From contig NC_042997.1 of the NCBI RefSeq assembly GCF_006345805.1, positions 205,468,001-205,532,000 on the forward strand: a stretch of 64,000 bases of DNA, in the 5' to 3' direction. A model generated the notes under the pieces. The model saw only the letters and a list, made by a program, of their open reading frames with translations. It did not search any database and had not been told where the DNA came from. Numbering within the stretch: position 1 is the stretch's first letter; every line of letters starts with the position of its first letter. Position numbers and translations under genes: made by a program. This DNA comes from Octopus sinensis (taxonomy: Eukaryota). Of this stretch, positions 12,016 to 24,273 are shown piece by piece.

Positions 12016-12626
12016 GTAAGTATCAATCATATTATATTGACTTATTGAAACAGTTAATGTTTGAAGGGAACCTTATGCATGTTGTGTGAGAATCATAAAG
12101 CAAATGTCAGCATCCTGTTTAATATTTGTTCTTCCAAGTTATCATTGGAAGGAAGCAGAAGATATCGATGAACAGGACACTTTTATATATAAATAGAAGG
12201 AAAAAAGCCTCATGGCCTAACAACAGTTATGTGACTGATAAATAAGACTATATTAAAACATATTTCTGTGTTTTACTGTCTGTATTGGTGAGTTTTTCTC
12301 TGTCATGGCACGAGCACTAGAGAGGTTGTCATGTCCTCAACAACACTAAAGACTCCTCTTGGGTCTGCATTCTCTCTCTTCATTCACCAACCATTTTACA
12401 CGGTGGATTGGGTCTGTTTTATTGTAGCAGCATCATGAGTGAGGTTGCCTTGTCCCTTGCAGGACTAAAGAGTGATAGGAATGACAGATGTGTTTAGAAG
12501 TGGTAGGAGTGAGAGGAGTTGTGAGAGGAGGATATATTTATTACAACTTAATGGTTTCTTCCTGTAATAAGAAAATAATTTAATAAAATGTTCATTATCA
12601 ATTACTAAACAATTATTTTTTATTAG

Positions 12627-12854
12627 ATTCTGGCAAACTTGACTCGAATAATAACCACTTGTCTGGAAAATGCTGAGAGAATGGGAGCAAAAAGCCTGGC
12701 ATTTCCTATATTAGGGGCTGAAATGAAATACCCCATTGAAAAACTACCCAGAACAATGTCTGAAGCAGTGAAAAACTACTCAGATCTGAATTCAAGCCAG
12801 ATCAAAGATGTTTACTTTGTTGTTTTACCTCAAGAAGACAAAAAAATAGCAAAG
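12627..12854 (+). CDS. Exon (phase 0-0) of the macro-domain gene: C-terminal half of macro domain B
   Basis: tttttattag acceptor, gttggt donor; ILANLTRIITTCLENAERMGAKSLAFPILGAEMKYPIEKLPRTMSEAVKNYSDLNSSQIKDVYFVVLPQEDKKIAK (CL..AE..GAKSLAFP). Confidence 0.9.
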
Positions 12855-13059
12855 GTTGGTTGATGTTTTTGTTGTTTGTTGTTTGATGTTGATATTTTTG
12901 GAATTTACCCTCTCCACCCCCAATAATTCTATGATGAAATAAAATATGGAATAAAATTAAAAAATAAAATGAAATATGGGATCCTTTATTGATGTCTTAG
13001 AATTGTTCAGTAATATTCGTAGGTTAGCTTGGTTTTCTTCAACTCTTATCTCTAGAGAG

Positions 13060-13530
13060 TTCTGTACAATAGAGAGAAGCACAATTTGAACATGCAAAAT
13101 TAACCCTAAAATTTGTGGCTAAAACTTGGTCTTGCATCACCAGTATAGTTTTCTCAGTCCCTTTTTTTAGGGTTCTTTCATCAGCCAATCCCACCTATTT
13201 TTTCCAGCAACTTCTGTTGTGTCTCTATGGATTTGATTGTGTAGTCCCTTCTTGCGTAATTCTTCTTCATGTCCTTTTTGTACTTCTTCCTTTGTTTTCC
13301 CTTTTTTCCCTGCTCCCAATACTCCCTCGTTCCTAACTGTGACTAGCAAGGTTTCCTTACTTTGGGTTACGTATCTCATTAAGCTCTGGAGTTTGGTACG
13401 TATGCAGTCTTCCACACTTATTAGTCCTCTTCCTCCATTTCCCTCTCTTCCTGTATAGGCAATCAGTGTCTGTTTGTGGATGATGGGCTCCATGCATCGT
13501 TAAGAGCTTTCTTGACTTCCTGTCCATCTC
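13060..13530 (-). mobile_element. R4/Dong-related LINE internal fragment
   Basis: ORF 13167-13493: GGRGLISVEDC..HNQIHR..WDWL, the region between RT and CCHC in RLE LINEs. Confidence 0.75.
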
Positions 13531-13559
13531 CTTTAGGTTCTCTTTTGTTTACTTCAGGA

Positions 13560-15530
13560 TTCCAGAGCTATACTGAACTACTATGACTGTGTGCAAGTTT
13601 TTTGCTGAAATTATTGTTTTTGGCATTTCTGGCAGAAATGTGACTGTAAACATTCCTAGAACTATCCAGCAGGAAATTAATGTGCAGGCAGTTTTATATG
13701 AAACAACTGGAGCCAAAAGTAGGAAAATAGAGCAGGCAACACAGCAGCAAATAGAGAAATACCTAGAAGCAGTTTGGAAAAGCAAAGCTTACGTAGCCAG
13801 GGTAAAGAAATATGGGACTGTCGAAGTGAGGTTCGTCTCAGAGGAGGAGACCAAAAATCACTTGACAGCTACCCTAAAAACTGAGAAACTAATCATTATT
13901 CCCATCTATCTTGGTCGAAGAACTTTCAACATCCTACCAGACATAAACAGAACAGGGGATGCAGCTTCTAATACAGGCAGACCAGCAAAGTGTTTTAGTC
14001 TACAGGATGGCACAAAGCTTTATGTGGCTATTGAGGGTAGAAAACCAAGATGTCAGCTGTGCAAGGATACAAACCATCCCAAAGCTTTCTGTTTGTAAGA
14101 AATGAGAGATGTGAACTACCCCACAAAGCAACAAACACCAACAATAAAAAAAAATGCTAATGCATCACACATATATAACCATAGAAAGCTCACACACACA
14201 CACACCAACCTGATGTCACCGAGAAACAAGCCAGAGACACATATTGAAGTCATACAGACATCACGACCTACGTATAATACCATCAAAAGAAAATATCCTG
14301 AGGTGGGCTGGGTTGGGGGGGCTTTCCAGAGAGTCATAAATAGAGACGAATATGTAAAGAACTACTTGTGGAAACATCGACATATATCCATGGAGATGGA
14401 ACATCCATCCCCTCCTCACCAACTAAGTCAATTCCTCGTTTCTATACTTTGATCTAACCCTACTCAGAGTCAACAGTATAAATGGGAGTTGCCTGGGGTT
14501 GCCTTGGCAACAAGGGCCGTCTACTCAATGACCTCATATCACTAAGTGTCAATGTAGTGGCCATCAGTAAAACCAGATTCTCTGACCAACTAAAGCTTTC
14601 ATGTCCATTTTCGATGGATGCAAGGTATATTTATTTCCATTCCAACGAGGGATGGGTGGTGGAACAGTGGTGTTGATCCAGATACGCCCCAGGAGGGAAG
14701 TTGGTGATGCTGGACAATAGTGATGGGGGTCCCTTCAGACTGGTGACTGTTTATGCTCTGACAGGAACAGGACATCCAGTCTGCTTCAGACGTCCGGAGG
14801 CTTTCCTTTGAGCACCCTGCCCTTTAGTGTTAGTGGGCGAATGAAGTACCATCATAGATCCATGTTTGGACTGTGTGGGGCTACAAGAGAGTAAAAGGGG
14901 TGGTGTGGGGTAAAAGACTTGCAAACCTGCTCAGACATTTCCAAATATCTGACAGGTACTGACTAGATTTCCCTGATGTGCCAGTTTGGACATGGATGAA
15001 TTGCATCAAGTCATCCAGCTCATCTTTAGACAGGGTATTCTGTAGGCCAGTAGATAACGATAGTAAAAGTTGGCTACACATTTGTGATTTGTATGGTCAG
15101 CCTTGATAGGCTTACATCGTAGGGACCCAGTTACTGGACGCTGAATGCATCTCTCCCAGTGTGCCAAGCTTACAGGGACCAGATTAAAGAATTAGTTAAA
15201 CAGGTGTTGATGGGACATTCATGATCAACAAATGGTGGTTTGCCCTGAAAAGGGCAATTAGAGTAGAATCAGCTAGGTCTAGTAAGGAATTAGTGTTAGA
15301 AAGGAATTAGAAGAAAATTTAGAGAGAAACTTAGAAGTTTCCTCTTTGGCCAAACTAAAGAAAAATGGGGGTAGAGAAGAAAGTGCTGCTTCCCAGCAAT
15401 TTTGTTAATAGGTAGGTGAATGTAGCATGAATGGCCCAAGTGAATTTGTCTCTAGATCAAGTGTAGATGAAGTGGAGAGGGTACTTGCCCTAGAGGCCAG
15501 GGTGGTCTTGGTTTTTGGGATGTTTCTATG
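13560..15530 (+). mobile_element. Decayed L1/Tx1-like LINE (ORF1 with zinc knuckle and APE-endonuclease remnant)
   Basis: RKPRCQLCKDTNHPKAFC knuckle; VNVVAISKT, FRLVTVYA and YWTLNAS-type APE motifs; homologous to 39730-45410. Confidence 0.7.
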
Positions 15531-15705
15531 AGCAGCTCTTGGAAGCCTTTTTCTTTTGGGGATTTATTTGTTATAATATTTTCATCCTTATTAATTTTTA
15601 CATAATTAAATTCCACTCCTGTTGTGCTATGCTGTCCTCTATCATCCCTAAATTTTTATATAAACCCTCAGTAGTGGATAAAGAAAATGTTGTTATTATT
15701 ATTAA

Positions 15706-15916
15706 GGCGGTGAGCAGGCAGAATTGTTGGCACACTGGGCGATATGCTTAGCAGTATTTTGTCTTCTGCTACATTCTGAGTTCAAATTCTGCCGAGGTCA
15801 AATTTGCTCTTCATCCTTTCGTGGTTGATAAATTAAGTACCAGTTGAACATTGGGGTTGATGTAATCATCACATCCCCTCTCCAAAATGTCTACTCTTGT
15901 GGCAAAATTTGAAACC

Positions 15917-15918
<2 letters not shown>
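15706..15918 (+). mobile_element. tRNA-derived SINE
   Basis: Starts ggcggtgagcaggcagaa (A-box-like), B box gagttcaaattc, flanked by (att)n; a partial second copy lies at ~48280-48410. Confidence 0.65.
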
Positions 15919-15974
<56 letters not shown>

Positions 15975-15979
<5 letters not shown>

Positions 15980-18900
15980 TAGTTTTATTTTTTTATAGCA
16001 TGCTTCCACTTCACTCCTGAGCACAGCTCTCTGTGCCTTGGGTATGTGCTGTGATTTCTTGAGATGCTCTGATGATTACTGTATTGAAAATGTTTTGAGT
16101 AGGATGTGTGCAGTGCCCAGTAGTGCAATTTTCCTGGTGTTTTTGTTATGTATTTGTCTGAATATTTTTTTATCATGCCTAATGCACCTACTATGATAGG
16201 AATTGTTTCTGTTTTCAGATTCCACATTCTAGTTACCTCTATTTCCAGGTCTTTGTATTTTGAAAGTTTCTCCATTTCTTTTAGAGACACGTTGTCATCT
16301 GCCGGTATTGATACATCAATTAGAAAGCTTTTTTTTTCTTCATGATCTCTAACAACTGTATCTGGTCTGTTGGCCTTAATTTCTCTATCTGTGTGTATCG
16401 GCATATCCCAGAGTATGGTTACTTTCTCGTTTTCTGTGACCTTTTCTGGTGTGTGCCTATACCATCTTTTTTCTGTTGTTATTCCATAATGTTGGCATAG
16501 CTTCCAATGTATGTAGGTTCCAACTCTGTCATGTCTGTGAATATATTCCTTCTTAGCCAGGACTGGGCAGCCAGAGATAATATGATTTATTGTTTCTTGT
16601 CCATCTCCACATATTCTGCATTTAATTGTTATATTTCTTTTCATTACATGTTTTTGGTAATTCCTGGGGGGGGGGCTTTGGTCTTGTGCTGCAATTAAAA
16701 ATCCCTCTGTCTCTGCTTTGAGTCCTGAGCTTCTCAACCATTGCTGGGATTTTTCTCTGTCTATTTCTTTTGCATTTAATTTAGTCCAGTATTTGCTATG
16801 AAGGGGTTTTTCTTGCCATCGTTTTATCATGGTCTATTGCTGTTCTAGTTTTAGTTTGGATTTCATTTGTTTTATAGCTCTTCTTCTTCTTCTTCTTCTT
16901 ATTCTTCTTCTTCTTCTTCTTCTTCTTCCCCTCCCCTCCCCCTTCCTTAAATACTGAGAACAATTTTTGTTTTGCTCGTGTTTTGCTGCTATTTGTATCA
17001 GTTTTCCTTGCTTCTGAAGTAGATATTTTTTGCAGTCCTATGGTGGTTATTTTATAATAGTTTTCCAGCTGTATAAGGCCTCTACCACCTTCTATACATT
17101 GTATATATAGCCTTTCTATGTCAGATTTTGGGTGGTGCATCCTAGATCCTGTCATTATTTTTCTTGTTTTCCTGTCTATTTTGGTTAGTTCATCTAGTGT
17201 CCAGTTAAGGATATTGTAGCTGTAACTTATAACTGGGACGGCTAAAATGTTAATAGCTATTTTCTTGTTTTTAGCATTGAGCTCTGTTTTCAGCATTGAT
17301 CTAACCCGTCGATTGTATTCTTTCCTTATTTTCTCTTTCATCGTGTGTGTTGTATCGTATCTAGCTCATTGATTCCTAAATGTTTGTATGTCTGGCTTTG
17401 GTCTAATTCTCTTATTTCATTGGCTTTATCTAGTGTGATGTTGCTACTCTTAACTAGTTCCCCTCTTTTCAGGGTTGCTTTGGCGCATATCTATTTCTTT
17501 GGTAAATCCATGAACTGTCTTTAGTAGTGTTTCCAGCTGTTTGTCATTTGTAGCGTATAGTTTTAGGTCATCCATATATAAAAGGTGGCTGATCGTTTTG
17601 CCGTAACATTTGTATCTGCATCCAGTTCTATTTAGCATATCAGATAAAGGTATCAGTGCCAAGCAGAAAAGGAGTGGAGAGAGCGTGTCTCCCTGGAATA
17701 TTCCTCTTCTAACGGGGATGGCTTTGGTTTCATGAGTCCCTCTTTTGTTTGGAGCTGTAGCAATGTCTGCCATTTATTCTTAGAGAGTCTTATGTATTTT
17801 ATAATTATTGGTGCTACCTTGTTAATGGCTAGTGTTTCAAGGATCGACGTGTGGGGCATACTATCAAACGCCTTTTGGTAGTCAATCCAGGTCATAGTGA
17901 GGCCATTCTTCTTTCTGCGGGTGTCTTCAGTTATGGCTTTATTGATCATTAATTGATCTTTACAGCCATATGAGCCCTTGCAGCATCACTTCTGCTTTTC
18001 TGGAAACAGGTTGTTTTGTTCCAGATGCTTGTTCAATCTTTGCGATATTACTACAGTAAAGGCTTTGTACATTGTAGGGAGACAGGTTATAGGTCCATAG
18101 TTTTGTGGTTTTGCCGTGTCATCGGATTTGAGAATTAAGATAGTTTTCCCTTCTGTGAGCCATTCAGGCATTTTCTCTGGCTCTGCCAGTATGTTGTTAA
18201 AGTTTTCAGCCAGCTTTTTGTGTATTCCTGTCAGATATTTCAACCAGAAGTTGGGGATCTTGTCATGCCCAGGTGCCTTCCAGTTGGTTAGTCTTTGCAG
18301 TACCTGGGTGACCTCTTCAGTTCTTATGGGGGTCCAGAGTTGCTCAGGTGCTAAGTTTGTTGTTGTAATAGTCCTTTTCTGTAGTTGTTCTTTCGACGAC
18401 CATATTTATCTCCAGAATTCTTCCTCTTCTTCTACCATTGGTGCTGCAGTAATATCTATTTTATTTTTGCCAAGTTCTTGGTAGAACTTTTTGGGGTTGG
18501 AGTTGAACTGTTTGTTTTGTTCAAAGAAACGTTGACGTTTCTCATACCGGCTGATCCTTTGTGCTTTGGCAAGGATATCTTGCTTTAGCTTTTCTTTTAT
18601 TTCAGGTAAATCTTTTTCTGTAATGTTGTATTTGCACAGTATTTTTGTTCTCTTCTTGTTACATAGTAGTGTTGATTACCAACTAATTTCGTTAAGAATT
18701 GACAGATCTTTTCTATTTTTCTATTTATTTATTTTTTTTTTTTTGATAATATTTATCCACAGGGTTTGTTTGGGTGGTGGTAATCCTGTTTGGATGGGTT
18801 TGAGGGAGTATCCAACTTCTTTTGTGGCTGCAGCGGCTGCTGCATATATTATGTCATTTAGCTCAGTGATATCGCTTTTTGTTTCAGTGACTATTAGTTC

Positions 18901-20037
18901 CATGATGGCTAGGTTTATGCTGTTTATAATTGATGTTGTTTTTTTGTCTATTTTGATTTTTGGAAGGTATGGTTGGTGGTCAATTTTGAGATCTGTGGTT
19001 TTCAGTTCTTTGATTATTCTCATTTTTATAGTATCATAATCATTAGGTTCCCCTTCATTGTTTCCAGGTTTTAGATTTGCTTCACTTTCTTTCTCATTCG
19101 TATGTTTGTCTGTCGTGTTTTAGTTTGCTGCTTTTCATACATTATTATACATCCCTACGGTCTGGGTTTGTTGTTTTTTGTTTACATCGTTTTTGTTGGG
19201 AATGTTACATTTGTCTTCGTGTTTTACTATCTCAGTGTTCATATTTGGCATTGTTGTGTGGCTTCTATCTACATTTTTCTGATGTATTTTTTCTTTTAAA
19301 TGTTCTATTTCTGTTTCTGATATTTGTTTTGCGTTGAGAATATATCTTCGTACGTTAGCTATTTTATTAGGGTTCATTGCTCTATCCAGGTCTTTATTTA
19401 TGTTATTTTGCTTCCATGTTTTATATGTATATGTTGTTGTGTTTTCGTTCTTTGGGTAGATCACTGCCGTAAAGTAAGCGTGTAGGATTGATATATATTG
19501 CTCATGTGTCCATTTATGCCTTTTTAGTTTTATCTGCAGGACATGAGGAACATCCAGCCCTTTATTTTGACAGCCATCATTTTTGTAGGGTACCACTCCG
19601 TTCATTTCTGTTGTCAAATTGTTTTGCGCGTGTAGTTTTTCATAGTTTTTGTGTAACAAGTTTAAAGTACATTCTTCCCATTTGTTATCTTTGGGCTGAA
19701 TAATACCAGTATTATTTAATTACATGGTATTTGGGGACGGAGATGGCCTGGTGTTCATGGGATTGTAATGTAGCGAGCATGTTTACATGTGCTGTGCAAG
19801 CAATGGAGGTGATATCCAATTAAAATACATCATTTCATTTGGAAAATAGAAATAAATTTCAATGAGTATTACTTACTCGGATATAGTCCAATCCTTTGTC
19901 AGCTATTTTTTGGCTCCATGTGATGTCATTATTTCTTTTGTTTTTGGATAGATTTCGGAGCAGTATTTTATCGCTCTTACATGTTAAACATCCCCAGTGT
20001 TCTTTTAAGCGTCCACAGTGTTCTTTAAAACGTCTCC
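15975..20037 (-). mobile_element. Apparently full-length (~4.06 kb) R4/Dong-like LINE with several frameshifts
   Basis: Ordered ORF fragments: N-terminal region (19135-19659), NYGPITCLPTMYK, WIDYQKAFDS, GIFQGDTLSP, LLYMDDLKLY, GGRGL, CCHC and PD-D/ExK; (att)n at 15919-15975 and 20038-20065. The 5' boundary is inferred. Confidence 0.88.
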
Positions 20038-20065
20038 CGTTATTATTATTATTATTATTGTTATT

Positions 20066-20618
20066 GAGTAAGTGAGGGGGCAGTGTATGTCATCAAAGTG
20101 ATACTAGGGTAGAAATATACGAAGCCCAATATACCCATCATGACTACCCGTCTGATAAAGGTACAGCAGACACATGCATCACAACCATATGGGCATGACA
20201 TGGTGATCTCATATCAAGATAAAAAGCACATGACCTTGCAGGTAGGGCTCAGTTAGAAATTTCTTCAGATCAAGAAGCCCATATAGCTCAAAAGGTTACT
20301 GAATAAGATTTGTTTAAGGATGTTGAATGAAACACTTATATTTCCAAAGGTGAATTATTCAATATCCCCAAAATTCCCTTTCAACACATGGCTATGATGC
20401 TCCCCCACTACTTCTGCTTGTGATCAGAGATGCACATATCGTCAACCACTAAGGGACATACCCAACTGGTTATGGTCAAACAACTGACAAGCAAATCTGT
20501 GGTTTTGAGCAGAATATTTGCTGCAGCTCATCTTTCATACCAAGACAAAACAATGTACATGATAATACTTCCAATCAGTTAAGATCAGAAGCTACAAGAG
20601 CCACTGCCTGGTACTGCA
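20066..20618. mobile_element. ~550-bp non-coding interspersed-repeat-like segment bounded by (att)n
   Basis: No ORF; higher complexity than its flanks; sharply bounded by trinucleotide tracts on both sides. Confidence 0.4.
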
Positions 20619-20789
20619 TTATTATTATCATTATTATTATTATCTTCTTTCAATTTCATTTCCATTCCTTGCCAAGTGTCTTCCCAACATCTAGGACAAA
20701 AAGGTTCACTTTGTACATGTGGTAGGCCATTAAAATAAACATACCATTTACAAAGTCATATAAAAAAAGGGGAAAGAAGAAAAAAAAAG

Positions 20790-21580
20790 TAAACAAGGAA
20801 AATAAAAGGAAAAAGGAAATAAAATTCACAGTGGCAATTCTCTTCTCAGTGTGTGTGATGTGGCAGTTAAAACAATCTTAACAAAAATTTTAAAAATAAA
20901 CAAAGAAAATAAAGGGGAAAAGGAAATAAAATTCACAGTGGCAATTCTCTTCTCAGTGTCTGTGATGTGGCAGTTAAAACAATCTTAACAAAAATTTTAA
21001 AAATAAACAAAGAAAATAAAGGGGAAAAGGAAATAAAATTCACAGTGGCAATTCTCTTCTCAGTGTGTGTGATGTGGCAGTTAAAACAATCTTAACAAAA
21101 ATTTTAAAAATAAACAAAGAAAATAAAGGGGAAAAGGAAATAAAATTCACAGTGGCAATTCTCTTCTCAGTGTGTGTGATGTGGCAGTTAAAACAATCTT
21201 AACAAAAATTTTAAAAATAAACAAAGAAAACAAAAGGGAAAAAAAGAAAGAAAAAGTAAACAAGGAAAATAAAAGGAAAAAGGAAATAAAATTCACAGTG
21301 GCAATTCTCTTCTCAGTGTGTGTGATGTGGCAGTTAAAACAATCTTAACAAAAATTTTAAAAATAAACAAAGAAAACAAAAGGGAAAAAAAGAAAGAAAA
21401 AGTAAACAAGGAAAATAAAAGGAAAAAGGAAATAAAATTCACAGTGGCAATTCTCTTCTCAGTGTGTGTGATGTGGCAGTTAAAACAATCTTAACAGAAA
21501 TAAAAAAAAGAAAATAAAGGGAAAAAAAGAAAGAAAATTCACAGCGACGATGCTCTTCTCAATACGTGAGACCAGTTACC
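20790..21580 (-). repeat. Tandem array (3 x 107 bp, 2 x 146 bp, 1 x ~100 bp) of an RLE-LINE ORF terminus plus 3' UTR
   Basis: aaaattcacag recurs at 20821, 20928, 21035, 21142, 21288, 21434 and 21534; the minus strand reads VKIVLTATSHTLRRELPL*. Confidence 0.9.
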
Positions 21581-21845
21581 AGTTAAGACAATCTTTTGCA
21601 CTTCCTGCATGGATGGTAATCCAGGGATCATTCATAAATAATTTTCAGTTCCTTTTTTGATCATTCCAAGTGCTCCTACAGTCACTGGTATTGTAGCCAT
21701 CTTGAGATGCCACATCTTTTCGATTTCAATCAGCAGATCTTTATATTTTCTGAGCTTATCAAATTCTTTTGCTGAGACATCATAGTCACAAAGTACGCTC
21801 ACGTCAATCAATAAACAGACTTTATTGTTTTGGTCTTTCACAAGC
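21545..21845 (-). mobile_element. 3' fragment of an R4/Dong-related LINE
   Basis: ORF 21632-21841: CLLIDVSV..KEFDKLRKYKDLLIEIEKMW..IPVTVGALG. Confidence 0.85.
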
Positions 21846-23899
21846 CAAGTGAAATTGAAGCCATGGCTGATGCTGGTGTCACATAACTAGCATGTAGAGT
21901 GTGCCTTTGAAGCATTGGGTCTCATGGAGGCAAAAATTACCCAGCAATCCATGCAAAATCACAGTCGCGGTAGATACCTAATGCTTACCACTCTTGGAGT
22001 AGTGGGCATTAGGAAGGGCATCCATCCATATACACCATGGCAAATCAGACTGAAGTCTGGTGCAGCCTTACAGCTTGCCAGCCCCAGTCAAACTATTCAA
22101 CCCATACAAGCATGGACAACAAATGTTAAATGATGATGATGATGGTGGTGTTGGTGGTGGTGATAATGATGAATGTAAACCAATATTGAAATAGAAGAAA
22201 CATTTGAGACATGAAAATGCATATTAGTTTTTGAATAGAGTCTACTTTCATAGAAGCACATTGCCATCTTGTGATGTCTTTAAAGAGGGACTTTAATTCA
22301 TGAAACTGGTGAAGAATATGGAAAAAATGACGGAGAGAGAAATAATCATTCAACTAGTTTTCTGAAACGATTGAATGAAGGAAACCAAGGTGGACAGTGC
22401 CTGTGAGTTGACTAGGTTGATTGTGTATAGGGACGAGCTAGAGGTAAAAACAGTGACAGACAAACAGAGAGAGAAGGGGAGAGAGAGAGAAAGTGAGTGA
22501 GATTTTTTAAAAGAAGTAACTTCTTACAGTATTGGAAGAAGAAATACAAATCTTTATTCTTTCTCACTATCTCTCTGATATATATATACTAGCAGAGATA
22601 ATTGGTGTTGCCCGTGTTATATGCAATTGAAGAATTAGACTTTTCTGTTATATCTTCTGTAATGAACTGGAATATCTATGTTTCGAATTTCATCAAAATT
22701 GCAGATGAAGGTTATTTCCCTCTTTACAGACCCCCCAAAAATTGTAATCGTGCCACATGTATCCCATACTACTGATTTTTATGCGCATATTCCAAAATTC
22801 CAGTCTTATTGAACCTGTCAAAAAGATTTTGCTCCTGAAAAATGGAGGTCATGGAGCTCTAAAATGTGAGAGTCAAGGCCCCTGTTGGAGGTGGGCATCT
22901 TAATGTCAACCAGAGAAGTTGAATTGTTGAGAATCTTTTTAACTTGAGTCTTATATCTATTGTGTGAATTTCTTTGGAATAGGAAATATGTGTTCACTGG
23001 GTTTGTAAAAGAGAGCAAAGCTACAGGAAACCAAAAGACGAATGATCACAATAAGCAGTCAGTTACCCTACCCTAGTTGTTACCACTCCCAATGTAGGAT
23101 TCCTCACCATCCAGGGGACAGGCACAGCCGTAAGATGCATTACGAATCTTTAGCAATTGGAAGGGAGTGACCCAACTGAAATAAACATTAACAACTGTCT
23201 GACGTGAGAGCTAAGGAGAAATGAAAGTGTCATGTCTGGAGTTTGTAAATGACCACTATACTGATACGTAACTGGACAGAATAAATTTAAAATCTATAAA
23301 TGTCTTTGAATAACCAGTCACTCATCTAGGAAGGCCTTAAAATCAATGTTACCATCTGGGGACTATGTGTGATCCAGTGATAATAAAGACTGAAAGGAGG
23401 TCTGCAATCAAATAACTTTATTCAACACTTTGCAACTGAATCAGTGGAGGCAAAGATGCCTCTCATTTACTTGACAATTTATGCACCACATTGCGGAAAT
23501 CACAATGTAAGTGTATGTCAAAGCAAACTGTTACACTGTTGTACCATTGAATTACAAATAATGCTCATCTTCTATGCTCAGATGACCCCACAGCTTCGAT
23601 GAGTATAACTGTATTCATCTTTGCTTAGATAAAAATGGCAAAATTGTGGGTGTTAAGTCCCCATGGAGAGGTCTTTCTAACTTGTGAGATGAAATTTCAT
23701 AAATATTACTTCATTTGTGTCTAATATCTATGGTTAAAATGTTATCAACAGCAAAAATATATGAATTGTCATGGGGGTTACGGCCCTTATGCATAGAATA
23801 TAATTTCCAAATTTCATAAAGATCCATTCAGTACTTTTGACTTAGTTTTGGATCAGAAAAGAAATGACTAAAATTTTGGAGTTAAGGCTCCCATTAGGG

Positions 23900-23966
<67 letters not shown>

Positions 23967-24273
23967 CTATAGATATAGATATACACACACACACATACAT
24001 ACAATGATAAATTGATAGATACAACTGAGTGCGCAAACAAAAATATGAGACACAGCCTAGTGCTTTTTTTATGTTGATAAGCCTGGTACTTATTCTATTA
24101 GTTTGTTCTTGTGAAATCAGTAAGTTATGTGGATGTAAATAAATGAACAGTAGTTGTGAAGCAGTGATGAGGGAGAAACACAGAGACAAAGACACACACA
24201 TACTCTTATATATATACATACATATATATACGGTTGATTTGTTTCAGTTCCTGTCTGGAAAATCCATATATAT

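Noticed and set aside
11651-12019. 122-aa ORF from the ORF track
   Set aside because: It is the wrong frame over the real exon 11788-12015.
15706-15800. tRNA gene
   Set aside because: It has A/B-box-like motifs but no cloverleaf and continues into a SINE body.
20790-21580. Constant block with variable A-rich linkers, CRISPR-like
   Set aside because: The linkers are themselves repeated, and the block is a LINE ORF terminus.
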